NCBI GenBank assembly: GCA_002897935.1
Contig: BDTA01000015.1
Span: forward strand, 17,735-81,734
Length of the DNA stretch: 64,000 nucleotides
Direction: 5' to 3'
From: a bacterium BMS3Abin08
GTDB taxonomy: Bacteria; Nitrospirota; Thermodesulfovibrionia; Thermodesulfovibrionales; JdFR-85
A model generated the notes under the pieces. The model had not been told where the DNA came from, ran no database searches, and was given only the letters and a program-made list of their open reading frames with translations. This document shows, piece after piece, positions 46,045 to 54,928 of this stretch. The position numbers and the translations under genes were made by a program. Position 1 is the stretch's first letter. Each line of letters starts with the position of its first letter.

Positions 46045-47154
46045 ATGCAGCTTGTTATAGTAAAGAGAAACAGGGGATACAACAAGGCCCTTAAATCAGC
46101 AATCCATGAGATAACCGATACACTGTTCAGCGGCAGGATAAAGAGAGGGGATTATGTAGTAGTCAAACCGAATTTTCTGTCACCCGCTCCCCCTTCAAAG
46201 GCTATCCTGACGCACCCCCTGGTCCTGAGGGCCGTCTGTGAATACCTGCTGGAGAGCGGTGCAAGGGTGCAGGTATCTGACAGCCCCGCAATAGGCTCTT
46301 TCGGAAAGATGCTTAAAGAGGGAGGATTTTCGGAATCCCTTTCCGGCTTGGATGTTTTATTCAAGGAGTTTAAAGAGTCCTGCCCGGTTGATGTTGGGAC
46401 ACCTTTTGGTAAGATTGAAGTAGCAAGGGACGTTATCGAGGCCGACCATGTGGTTAACCTGCCCAAGCTCAAGACCCATTCACAGATGCTTCTGACCCTC
46501 GGGGTAAAAAACCTCTTTGGATGTATTGTCGGTATGAGAAAGCCGGAATGGCATCTTCGCACCGGTATAGACCGCTACCGTTTTGCAGAACTCCTGATAT
46601 TACTCGCAAAGAAGATAAACCCCGCTGTTACCATCATTGACGGCATTCTTGCAATGGAGGGGGAAGGCCCGGGAAAGCGGGGCAGACCGAGGAGCCTGGA
46701 TGTTATCATGGGAAGCAGTGATCCCGTCTCACTGGATATTGCCGTATGCAGAATGATAGGACTTGACCCGTTGAGTCTCTTAACAAACAAGGTGGCCGTT
46801 GATCGTGGATTGCCTATAAACGATCCCCCCGTTGACGGCAAGATTCCAGAAGTAAAAAACTTCGAACTTCCCACGGTGGGACCCGTTATCTTCGGACCCA
46901 GGATGCTCCATGGTTTTATGAGACGACACCTCATAGAGAAACCCGCACTAAAGGGAAATACGTGCCGCCTTTGTGGTGAATGCCGGGAATACTGCCCGGC
47001 GGGTGCGATTGGTCTTAATGAACGGACCCTGCACTTTGACTATGCTCGATGTATCAGGTGTTACTGCTGTGTAGAGGTATGTCCCCACGGGGCCCTTGGT
47101 GTAGCGGAACCCCTTGTCGGGAGAATCGCGAGGAAAATCCTAAAAAAGAAATAG
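46045..47154 (+). CDS. DUF362 domain protein with C-terminal 2x[4Fe-4S] ferredoxin domain
   Basis: VVVKPNF and LKTHSQM DUF362 patterns, plus CRLCGECREYCP and CIRCYCCVEVCP. Confidence 0.75.
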   Translation: MQLVIVKRNRGYNKALKSAIHEITDTLFSGRIKRGDYVVVKPNFLSPAPPSKAILTHPLVLRAVCEYLLESGARVQVSDSPAIGSFGKMLKEGGFSESLSGLDVLFKEFKESCPVDVGTPFGKIEVARDVIEADHVVNLPKLKTHSQMLLTLGVKNLFGCIVGMRKPEWHLRTGIDRYRFAELLILLAKKINPAVTIIDGILAMEGEGPGKRGRPRSLDVIMGSSDPVSLDIAVCRMIGLDPLSLLTNKVAVDRGLPINDPPVDGKIPEVKNFELPTVGPVIFGPRMLHGFMRRHLIEKPALKGNTCRLCGECREYCPAGAIGLNERTLHFDYARCIRCYCCVEVCPHGALGVAEPLVGRIARKILKKK

Positions 47155-47155
47155 A

Positions 47156-47181
47156 GCCGGACGCCGGCTAAGACGTCCGGC
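47156..47181. terminator. hairpin between convergent genes (possible bidirectional terminator)
   Basis: GCCGGACG-ccggctaaga-CGTCCGGC. There is no clear U-tract. Confidence 0.35.
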
Positions 47182-47197
47182 CCTCAGGAAAGACGTG

Positions 47198-47608
47198 TCA
47201 GAAACAGAGAACCCCTTTTGCTCTTGTGGTCAGATCTACAAGAGTCATGGCACCTGCTGCTTTAACACCTTCCAACAGGTCATCTTCATCAAGGTTTTTG
47301 TTGGCAAGAGTCTGTGAACAACAGAGTATCTCAATGCCTTCCTCTACAGCCTCGCTCAACCGCTGTTTCAGCGTTGGAACACCAGGCTTCGGCACTTCGT
47401 TACCTTCGGTTGCATCACTGACCATAATATCAACCCCGTTCTGAATACAGTAAAGTACCGTCCGGTAGTCGGCTGTTGCAGCCAGTGTGGCAAACATCAG
47501 GGCAGATCTCGACCTTGGAATATTGTCAAAACCCGATACGAGTAGCACAACGAAAATTTCATCGTCGCCCTGAGCCTTTTCTAAAGAGATCCCTTCGGCA
47601 GCGAGCAT
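47198..47608 (-). CDS. DsrE/DsrF/DsrH-like family protein
   Basis: IFVVLLVSGFDN, a TVLYCIQNGV-type pattern and a C-terminal CCSQT. Its start overlaps the OsmC stop. Confidence 0.6.
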   Translation of the reverse strand: MLAAEGISLEKAQGDDEIFVVLLVSGFDNIPRSRSALMFATLAATADYRTVLYCIQNGVDIMVSDATEGNEVPKPGVPTLKQRLSEAVEEGIEILCCSQTLANKNLDEDDLLEGVKAAGAMTLVDLTTRAKGVLCF

Positions 47609-48138
47609 CAGACAACCTCTAATGACGTGTTGATCGGTACAGGCCGTGCCAAAGTCGTCCCCACAGGCGAGGTCTTTACGACATGCTCATGCAGCTCCTT
47701 CAGGGCTTCCGGAGTTGCGTCACTCTTGAGCTTTACACGGGCCGTAACCGACTTATAACCGGGAAGTTTGTCCATGTTGAGATCCTCGGGGGCTTCTAAA
47801 CCGAGAAACCCTGGAAGGTCGATATCGCCTTCAAGTTCAATATGTATCCCGTCAAGCTTTATACCCCTTACCGCGGCGTTCATGGCATAGCCGATGGCAA
47901 GACAGGCTCCATAGGCCTGAAGTACAACCTCCACAGGATTGGCAGCGGTGTCCGTGCCGCACAGCATTTCCGGCTCGTCAAACTGATAAGTAAAGTCCCT
48001 TGAAGACGTCTCTACCTTGAAGCCGCCCTTCCATTCTGCACTTGCCTTCCAGAGGGTCCTTCCCTCTTCCCAGTTACCTTTTACATGCTCAACAACCTGC
48101 ATCAGTTTCTCTGTCTCCAACCCGTTGATTACCGGCAT
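47608..48138 (-). CDS. OsmC-family protein
   Basis: About 176 aa. PVEVVLQAYGACLAIGY and LHEHVVKTSPV patterns of the OsmC/Ohr fold. RBS AAGGAGG. Confidence 0.75.
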   Translation of the reverse strand: MPVINGLETEKLMQVVEHVKGNWEEGRTLWKASAEWKGGFKVETSSRDFTYQFDEPEMLCGTDTAANPVEVVLQAYGACLAIGYAMNAAVRGIKLDGIHIELEGDIDLPGFLGLEAPEDLNMDKLPGYKSVTARVKLKSDATPEALKELHEHVVKTSPVGTTLARPVPINTSLEVV

Positions 48139-48178
48139 TGCCTCTTACCTCCTTTTATTTTTATTCAATTACTATCAA

Positions 48179-48193
48179 GCAATTTATGTACCA
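48179..48193 (-). promoter_or_regulatory. sigma-54 promoter candidate
   Basis: The minus strand reads TGGTACATAAATTGC (GG-N10-GC). It lies about 40 nt upstream of the ATG at 48138, with AAGGAGG in between. Confidence 0.5.
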
Positions 48194-48360
48194 TAAGCAT
48201 AAAACTATGTTTAGTTACATATGCCGGTTTGCCGTCGGAATGCGGCGAGAATATCGAAAGTCCCTCTATCCGGCACTGCTTATCGCCGGATTTGGGTTTT
48301 TAAAATGATTGGCCTTACTATGGTTAATCCTTTGCAGCAATTAAATTGAACAGCGGTTAC

Positions 48361-48405
48361 ATTGCAATATGCAGTCATGGCAGGGGGTAAATTGCATATT
48401 GCAAT
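48361..48405. promoter_or_regulatory. perfect 13-bp inverted repeat (ATTGCAATATGCA-N19-TGCATATTGCAAT), candidate enhancer/operator
   Basis: Read directly from the sequence. It overlaps the stop codon of the GAF-type sigma-54 activator and lies about 170-225 bp upstream of the 48179-48193 promoter. Confidence 0.35.
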
Positions 48406-49904
48406 TATGTTTCAGGAGCGAGGTTATACTTCTTCAGCTTCCTCCACAGTGTTGTCGGGTTAATTTCCAGGATACCGGCGGCCCTCTTTCTCTCTCCCTT
48501 TGTCAGGCTTAACACCTTCAATATGTGTTCCCGTTCCATGCCCTCGAGTGACCAGTCTATAACCACCTCCCCCTTTGAAATTATACCCGATGGTAAATCC
48601 TCTACCCCGATATAGCTGCTCTCGGATACAATAATTGCCCTCTCGATGGTATTCTCAAGCTCCCTTATATTACCGGGCCAGGTATGTTTCAAAAGTACTT
48701 CAAGGGCATCATCGGAAACTCCCCTGATTTTTTTATTCAGCTTTTTGTTGTACTTATGTATAAAGTATCTGCTCAGCAGGGGCACATCCTCCCTTCTCTC
48801 CCTGAGGGGTGGCAGAACGATATTGATAACGTTCAGCCTGTAAAAGAGGTCTTCACGGAATGTGCCCTTCTTGATGGTCTCGTGTAAGTCCCTATTGGTT
48901 GCAGCGACAATCCTGACATCGATGGTGGTCGGAGTAGTGGAGCCCAGCTTAAAAAAAGTCCTCTCCTGAAGAAACCTCAACAACTTTAGTTGCAGGTTGA
49001 TACTCATTGAATTGACCTCATCGAGAAACACCGTCCCTCCCTCGGAAACTTCAAGCAACCCCTTCTTGTCACAATCCGCACCGGTAAAGGCGCCTTTAAG
49101 ATACCCAAACAGTTCTGACTCAAGCAGGGACTCAGGCAATGCCGCACAGTTTATGGGTATAAACGGCTTATCGGCCCTTATGCTATTGAAGTGTATCGCC
49201 CTGGCAATCAACTCCTTTCCCGTCCCGCTCTCCCCATATATGAGTATGCCGGATGGAACATTAAGGACCTTTCTGACAAACCTCAATACCTCATTCATCT
49301 TTTCACTGTTTGTTATAATCCCCTCAAAGTTATGATATTTCCGCCTGCTGTCCATCTCTTTCTTTACATCTTCATGTATGCGTGCATTCTCAATTGAAAG
49401 TCCTATGGGAACTGCGGCGGCGCGGAGAATATCCAGAATCTCCTGGTCACATCTGTACGGTGTATGAGTTATGGCGCAAAGGACACCCACTACCTTGCCC
49501 TGTGCAGAGAGGGGAATTCCTGCATAAAACTCCATCCCCTCTCTCTTAAGAGATATCCTTGTAAAACGTTCATCCTCTGAAGCCCTCTCCTGAATAATAA
49601 CCTCACAGTTGTACTGGGCAATATTTCCACACATACACTCTCCCACCCTCACCTTCTCCTCGGTAAGATCTTTTATAACCTCGTTGGAGAGGTTCCAGTA
49701 GGTCACGGGTATCATCTCCAGCGTATCATCGTCTATAACATAAATCACCCCTGCATCAACACCCATAAACTCGATAACCTTCTGAAGGACATCATCAAGA
49801 ATCCCCTTGAGATTAAGGGACTTGCTGACTGTCAGGGCGATCTCGTAGAGGATGGACAGTTTTTTGTTCTGTTTTTCGTAGAGGTTGAGGATATCATCGG
49901 GCAT
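48405..49904 (-). CDS. sigma-54-dependent transcriptional activator with N-terminal GAF domain
   Basis: GAF-like N-terminal domain, GESGTGKE, intact GAFTGA, C-terminal Fis-type HTH. No receiver domain. Confidence 0.9.
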   Translation of the reverse strand: MPDDILNLYEKQNKKLSILYEIALTVSKSLNLKGILDDVLQKVIEFMGVDAGVIYVIDDDTLEMIPVTYWNLSNEVIKDLTEEKVRVGECMCGNIAQYNCEVIIQERASEDERFTRISLKREGMEFYAGIPLSAQGKVVGVLCAITHTPYRCDQEILDILRAAAVPIGLSIENARIHEDVKKEMDSRRKYHNFEGIITNSEKMNEVLRFVRKVLNVPSGILIYGESGTGKELIARAIHFNSIRADKPFIPINCAALPESLLESELFGYLKGAFTGADCDKKGLLEVSEGGTVFLDEVNSMSINLQLKLLRFLQERTFFKLGSTTPTTIDVRIVAATNRDLHETIKKGTFREDLFYRLNVINIVLPPLRERREDVPLLSRYFIHKYNKKLNKKIRGVSDDALEVLLKHTWPGNIRELENTIERAIIVSESSYIGVEDLPSGIISKGEVVIDWSLEGMEREHILKVLSLTKGERKRAAGILEINPTTLWRKLKKYNLAPET

Positions 49905-49946
49905 TGTCTATTATTTTTCTAATCAGTCGATAATGTCAAATCTAAC

Positions 49947-49961
49947 TGGCAGCATTCTTGC
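49947..49961 (+). promoter_or_regulatory. sigma-54 promoter candidate
   Basis: TGGCAGCATTCTTGC fits TGGCAC-N5-TTGC. It lies about 120 nt upstream of the ATG at 50081. Confidence 0.55.
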
Positions 49962-50080
49962 TTTTTATAATTTTAAATAATTTTTTGTTATTTCCAAATC
50001 CAGCGACAGGGTAAAAATTCCCGGACTTTAACTAAAATACTTAAAGAGGAAAATTATTTTTCGAGGAGGTTTATCAGGCA

Positions 50081-50605
50081 ATGAAGATTTACGACGACTC
50101 AAAACTGAAAGAGGTAGTCTCCAGGAGAATGGCATTTTTTAAGCGGAAACCCGAAGCCGCCGTTTATAAGCCAAGGGTCTCCTCACGTCATGTCTACGGA
50201 CTCTATACGGAAACAGATGTCCGTAAACATACGGTTAAATCAGACTATGCAGAGGCTGCAGGAGGTACGGATGAGGCCCCGAACCCCATAGAACTCCTTC
50301 TGGCCGCCCTGGCTTCCTGTATTGAAGCCGCCTTTTATGAATTCGCCCTTCATGAGGGAATAACCGTTAATTCCCTCTCTGTCGAGGTCGAGGGAAGACT
50401 GGACCTGAGAGGCCTCTTCATGGTTGATGACTCGGTTCCGGCCGGATTCAGTGACATAAGCTATTCTCTCAATATCAACTCCCCCGATGAGGAGGAAAAG
50501 GTTAAGGCCCTTGCTGAAAAGGTGGTTGCCCACTGTCCGGTAGTGGACAGCCTTAAAAGACCGCTTTCTTTAACCGGTAACATAAACATAACCAGGGAGG
50601 AATGA
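50081..50605 (+). CDS. OsmC-family protein
   Basis: PNPIELLLAALASCI and VVAHCPVVDSL are the two conserved-Cys contexts of OsmC/Ohr. Its stop overlaps the metF start. Confidence 0.75.
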   Translation: MKIYDDSKLKEVVSRRMAFFKRKPEAAVYKPRVSSRHVYGLYTETDVRKHTVKSDYAEAAGGTDEAPNPIELLLAALASCIEAAFYEFALHEGITVNSLSVEVEGRLDLRGLFMVDDSVPAGFSDISYSLNINSPDEEEKVKALAEKVVAHCPVVDSLKRPLSLTGNINITREE

Positions 50606-51468
50606 TGCAGATATCCGAGATACTCAACACAAGGGACAGGGGAATTTCCTTTGAGTTTTTCCCGCCTAAGACCGGCGAAGGAATGTCGGCGTTAATGAAG
50701 GTTGCAGTTGAACTGGCTGAATACGACCCGCTGTATGTATCCGTAACATACGGGGCTGGAGGCAGCACCCAGGACAGAACGCGCAAGCTGCTCATCAAGC
50801 TGAAAGAGGAGACGGACCTTACGGTGATGTCCCACCTCACATGTATCGGGGCTACGGGGGAGATGATGGATTCCCTTCTCAGGGACTACAGGGACAACGG
50901 CATCGACAATATCCTTGCACTCAGAGGAGACCCGCCTCAGGATGCGGAGGACTATGATCCCGCAACAGGCGAATTCAGATACGCAAAGGACCTTGTTGAA
51001 TTTGTCGGAAAGTACAATTATTTTTCTATCGGTGTGGCTGTTTATCCCGAGGGTCACCAGGAAGCCCCCTCGCTTGAGGCAGACATAGAGTACACGAAGA
51101 TGAAGGTTGATGCCGGAGCCGATTTTGCAATTACACAGATGTTCTTTGACAACAGATACTTCTTCGACTTCCTTGAAAGGGCACGGAAGAAGGGTATCAA
51201 TATCCCCATCCTTCCGGGTATCATGCCGATAACCGACCTTGTTAGGATAAAGAAGTTTTCCTCCTTCTGCAGGACTACGATTCCTTCCCGGATCGAGGAG
51301 ATGATGTCGGGCGTCCTTGACAAGCCTGAAGAGATGAGGAAGATAGGGACCGAACTTGCGATCAGGCAATGCAAAGAACTGCTCGACAGCGGGGTCAAAT
51401 ATCTCCATTTCTATACCATGAACAAGTCGGAGGTTGTTAGTGAGATTATCAGGGCATTAAGGGTCTAA
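50602..51468 (+). CDS. metF: methylenetetrahydrofolate reductase
   Basis: ISFEFFPPKT, VTYGAGGST, LRGDPP and QMFFD motifs. Confidence 0.9.
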   Translation: MMQISEILNTRDRGISFEFFPPKTGEGMSALMKVAVELAEYDPLYVSVTYGAGGSTQDRTRKLLIKLKEETDLTVMSHLTCIGATGEMMDSLLRDYRDNGIDNILALRGDPPQDAEDYDPATGEFRYAKDLVEFVGKYNYFSIGVAVYPEGHQEAPSLEADIEYTKMKVDAGADFAITQMFFDNRYFFDFLERARKKGINIPILPGIMPITDLVRIKKFSSFCRTTIPSRIEEMMSGVLDKPEEMRKIGTELAIRQCKELLDSGVKYLHFYTMNKSEVVSEIIRALRV

Positions 51469-52407
51469 AGGACCGGCCGGGGCAGCTACCGCTTTGCCGA
51501 TAGAGGGGGCTTTCAATGATTCCCCTATAACGACAAGGCGGCTGTCTGTGACGGGTTTGCCGAAAGGCTCTGTTTCAACCCGGCCGGAAGACAGGTCAAA
51601 CCGGAAAGGGCCTTTGTCGGTCTGTACCAGGGCCTTTGCCCTGAATACCTTCCCGAATGAACCCGTTTGCATGTTCCTGAATAATTCCCTGACCGTATTA
51701 AAGGAAACATTATCCTTGAGTTTCAGGGAGACCGTTTCACAATGGATGACATGTCCGGTGTGGCTGCTGATTATCCTGTTGTCCCTTGCAACTTCGGGAA
51801 GCGGCTCGCTCAATGCCGCCCTGACGGTGGGAATGATGATAGCCCGCTCATTCATTCCCTCGACCAACTCTATTGTATCCAACACTTTTTCCTCTTCAAC
51901 GGTGTCGGTCTTGTTTATGAGGATTATATCGGAATTAATGATCTGGTCTTCAAAGAACTTACCGTACATCCCGGATTCATAGAGTTCAACGAATTCGCTC
52001 GAGTCCACTATTCCGACGACGGTTACAGGATTTACCTTTAACGAACCAAGTGCCTCAAGCACTCCCGAGGGCGATGCAACTCCGCTCGGTTCTATATAGA
52101 GGTGGTCCGGACGGAACTCCTCCGTTACCTCCCCGATTGTTCTGATGAGGTCGAACTTCAATGTACAGCAGACACACCCACTTGGAAGTTCAACCGCCTC
52201 GACACCGCCAACCGAGAGAACTTCTCCATCAATCCCTGTTTTGCCGAAGTCGTTAACAAGGACAACCACCTTTTCCTGTGAATCCTTCAATACGTTCTGG
52301 ATAAAGGTTGTCTTCCCGGAGCCGAGCATACCGCATACAATGGTTGTTTTCACCTCATATTCCTTTCCCCGTATTTCCAGCATGTTGCATTTTATACAGG
52401 TCCTCAA
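51457..52407 (-). CDS. CobW/G3E-family GTPase metallochaperone
   Basis: GMLGSGKTTF P-loop, the GCVCCT metal motif, and a C-terminal CobW_C-like domain. Converges on metF with a 12-nt overlap. Confidence 0.8.
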   Translation of the reverse strand: MRTCIKCNMLEIRGKEYEVKTTIVCGMLGSGKTTFIQNVLKDSQEKVVVLVNDFGKTGIDGEVLSVGGVEAVELPSGCVCCTLKFDLIRTIGEVTEEFRPDHLYIEPSGVASPSGVLEALGSLKVNPVTVVGIVDSSEFVELYESGMYGKFFEDQIINSDIILINKTDTVEEEKVLDTIELVEGMNERAIIIPTVRAALSEPLPEVARDNRIISSHTGHVIHCETVSLKLKDNVSFNTVRELFRNMQTGSFGKVFRAKALVQTDKGPFRFDLSSGRVETEPFGKPVTDSRLVVIGESLKAPSIGKAVAAPAGPLDP

Positions 52408-52604
52408 TCTTAAGCAATTTTCATTCCTTTAACCTGATAATCCCCTAAGGTCCCGCCACAGGATTCTCACCCCGGTTGCCCTATATTGTATGGGTGAAGG
52501 GGTGAGGAAAAATTCCCCAACGGTTGCGGTATATTTTCCCGGTCCCTGCTAAAAAAATCCGCCCCCTGTAGGAATCTTGGCGGATTCCCGTGCTTTTTTT
52601 ATCC

Positions 52605-52619
52605 TGGCATCATAGTTGC
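52605..52619 (+). promoter_or_regulatory. sigma-54 promoter candidate
   Basis: TGGCATCATAGTTGC fits TGGCAC-N5-TTGC. It ends only 12 nt before the ATG at 52632. Confidence 0.55.
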
Positions 52620-52631
52620 TTACCTAATAAC

Positions 52632-53027
52632 ATGTCGCATTTACTTATCAGTTCCCATAACCCCTTGCTGATCAAATCAATCTATGGGATGCTGAGGGAT
52701 ATCGGCTATTCCATCGACATCACAGATCATCCGGCAGATGCGGTAAGGCAGGTTTTCAATAATAAGTACGACGCCGTGATACTCGATTCACGGGACGTTG
52801 GCCTTACAGCTTCGGATGCATCGGAAATTATCGGTAGTATCTCCCCCGATACCAGGGTGGTTATTTTAGGTGAAGCGCAGGACAAGACCACTGCAACTAC
52901 ATTCCCGAATTCAGATCAGCTCGATGATCTGAAGACGTATCTGTCCGAGGTATTTGATCATAACAACCGTAATCATAATAAAGGAGGACTATATGACACC
53001 AAAAGAGACTATTCTAAAAGCCTTTGA
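52632..53027 (+). CDS. possible degenerate receiver-like protein (uncertain ORF)
   Basis: MSHLLISSHNP...YDAVILDSRD...VVILGE resembles a CheY-like fold in which the acidic pair is replaced by SH. There is no RBS. The start coincides with the predicted sigma-54 transcription start. Overlaps the next gene by 35 nt. Confidence 0.3.
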   Translation: MSHLLISSHNPLLIKSIYGMLRDIGYSIDITDHPADAVRQVFNNKYDAVILDSRDVGLTASDASEIIGSISPDTRVVILGEAQDKTTATTFPNSDQLDDLKTYLSEVFDHNNRNHNKGGLYDTKRDYSKSL

Positions 53028-54021
53028 GGGAGGTAAACCGGAAAGGGTGCCGGTGACCCTGTTCGGCGGAGGTATGTGGAGCATCAATAGCTGGGGTACC
53101 ACCTTTGAGGAACTCTCAAAGGACCCTGACAGGATGACGCAGATGTTGGTTGATATGAGTGAAAAACTCCAGTGTGATATCGTTTATGCGGGATCGGGGT
53201 ACAACAACTTCCATGCCTCGGCACTCGGGGGGGAGATCAAGTTCCGTGAAGTCGGCGCACCAGACCTTGTAGCCCCTCTTGTAAGTTCGGAGGAGGACCT
53301 CGCAGGACTGAAGATAGAAGATATTGAGAAAGATGAAACGATAAACGTGGTTTATGAGGCGACCAGGAAAACAAAGAAACAGATCGGGGATAAATATGTG
53401 GTAACCATGACCGCATGGGGGCCCTTTACCCTTGCTGCACGGTTCGTAGGCGAAGAGGATATGATGAAGGCTACCTTCAAGAAACCGGCTCTTGTGGAAA
53501 AGGTCACTGAATTTGCTACGGATCTGCTTATTCACCTGTTTGAACCGCTTGTTGACGATGGCACTATCGATGTGATAAGTCTCGCGGACCCGACTGCATC
53601 CGGCGACCTGATCTCCAAAAAGCAGTTCGATAGATTTGTGGTTCCCGCCCTTAAAAGATTTACCGACTGGGCAAAGGCAAAAAAAGCCCATACTCTCCTC
53701 CATATCTGTGGTAATACGAGCGACCGCCTCGAACTCTTCCCTGAAACCGGTGCAAGCTGTATCAGCCTTGATCACAAGACGGACATAGCAAAGGCAAAGG
53801 AAGCACTTTACGGGAAGATGTGTTTTGCCGGAAATGTTGATCCCGTTGCCGTCATGCTCCGGGGCAGTGTCGGGGATATTGAATCCACCTGTAAAGATAT
53901 CATAGGAAGGGCCGGCACGGACGGTGCCTTTGTATTAATGCCGGGTTGTGATATTCCACCAAATGTTCCCTATGAGAATATTCAACAGTTTGTAAATATT
54001 GCACGGCAGTGGAGACTTTAG
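52993..54021 (+). CDS. UroD-family methyltransferase (MtaA/MtbA/CmuA-like, corrinoid-dependent)
   Basis: RBS AAAGGAGG. 342 aa. ERVPV near the N-terminus, a HICGNT-type Zn-ligand region and MPGCDIPP near the C-terminus, as in methylcobamide:thiol methyltransferases. Confidence 0.8.
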   Translation: MTPKETILKAFEGGKPERVPVTLFGGGMWSINSWGTTFEELSKDPDRMTQMLVDMSEKLQCDIVYAGSGYNNFHASALGGEIKFREVGAPDLVAPLVSSEEDLAGLKIEDIEKDETINVVYEATRKTKKQIGDKYVVTMTAWGPFTLAARFVGEEDMMKATFKKPALVEKVTEFATDLLIHLFEPLVDDGTIDVISLADPTASGDLISKKQFDRFVVPALKRFTDWAKAKKAHTLLHICGNTSDRLELFPETGASCISLDHKTDIAKAKEALYGKMCFAGNVDPVAVMLRGSVGDIESTCKDIIGRAGTDGAFVLMPGCDIPPNVPYENIQQFVNIARQWRL

Positions 54022-54233
54022 CTGAAAGGTGACAGGCCGCAGACAATAGCCGGCAGGCTGTGCAGACCGTCCGTTGACCATCTACACCCTGTCACCCACA
54101 ATAAAAGCATGGGAGGTGATAAGTGCAAAAGCTGGTTGCAATCCCAAACCGGGGAGGTTAAGTTATGGGAATTTTAGACGGGTTTAAACGATTTCTGGCC
54201 ATAGGGTCAGAGAACACTCAAAAGGAGGAAAGC

Positions 54234-54680
54234 ATGTCGGAAGAAAAAAAAATGACTCCTGAAGAAGCAAATGAGTACATGAACGAGAAGATGCTTTTTA
54301 CACCGAGGATGTTTAAGGTCATCAATCAGTTGAACCCTGAAGGAGGAAAGACATTTGCAGATTTCTACAATTCCTTCTGGAAGGACGGGGCTCTCTCAAG
54401 GAAGGTAAAGGAACTGATCTTCATGGCGGGTGGCGTTGCCTATATGTCACCACGTTGTATCATTCATGTCTATCCGGCGGTAAAGGCCGGTGCAACCGTA
54501 GAGGAGGTCTTTGAGGCAGCATCGATAGGATGTCTTCTCGCAGGCTTTGTTCCAAACGGACCGGGCATACCCTATGCCTTTGAATATGCAGTAAAATGTG
54601 TCGATCTTGCCCAGAAGATAGAGAAGGGTGAGGATTGGGAGTACCTGCCGGAGCCGAAATTCGATCACGGGGTATTTTAA
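54234..54680 (+). CDS. carboxymuconolactone decarboxylase/AhpD-like family protein
   Basis: ALSRKVKELIFMAGGVAYMSPRCIIH matches the CMD-domain helix pattern with a Cys/His pair. RBS AAGGAGG precedes the ATG at 54234. Confidence 0.65.
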   Translation: MSEEKKMTPEEANEYMNEKMLFTPRMFKVINQLNPEGGKTFADFYNSFWKDGALSRKVKELIFMAGGVAYMSPRCIIHVYPAVKAGATVEEVFEAASIGCLLAGFVPNGPGIPYAFEYAVKCVDLAQKIEKGEDWEYLPEPKFDHGVF

Positions 54681-54928
54681 CAGTCTTTGAACTGAGGTCA
54701 ATTAATGATACTTATACCTGTTCTGAATACATAGATTAAAAATCACGTGCACTTGACTGGGAGTATCGGGGTATCTCGCGGGCCGTGTATCTCCGTCATA
54801 TTCTCCGGTACTCCTCGTTTTTTGCCGGTGGAAGATTTCAATTAAACAGGTAATGCAATGGCTCAAGAAAATATCATCTTAAGCAAGTCAATACAATTAA
54901 ATACGGTCAATCCCGAAAGGAGCAGTTG

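Noticed and set aside
50692-51408. Long antisense ORFs inside well-supported genes: 238 aa opposite metF (50692-51408), 225 aa opposite glycerate kinase (11851-12528), 219 aa opposite the MtaA-like gene (53116-53775) and 214 aa across the MtrH-like/MtaA-like junction (55613-56257).
   Set aside because: The sense-strand products carry complete, recognisable family motifs. The antisense translations have no recognisable domains and no RBS. Such shadow ORFs are expected at this GC content.
52440-52560. Possible cobalamin riboswitch between cobW (minus strand) and the corrinoid methyltransferase operon. Minus-strand AGGGCAACCGGGGTGAGAATCC resembles the GGGAA..GGTG..AATCC core. GATTGAGGACCTGT near the cobW start resembles a B12 box. 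The plus strand has CCCGCCACAGG.
   Set aside because: The conserved blocks do not occur in the right order on either strand. The CCCGCCAC-type block is on the strand opposite the GGTG..AATCC block. The plus-strand sigma-54 promoter lies downstream of the region. By eye this is only partial similarity. It should be settled with Infernal (cmscan) against RF00174 and related cobalamin models.
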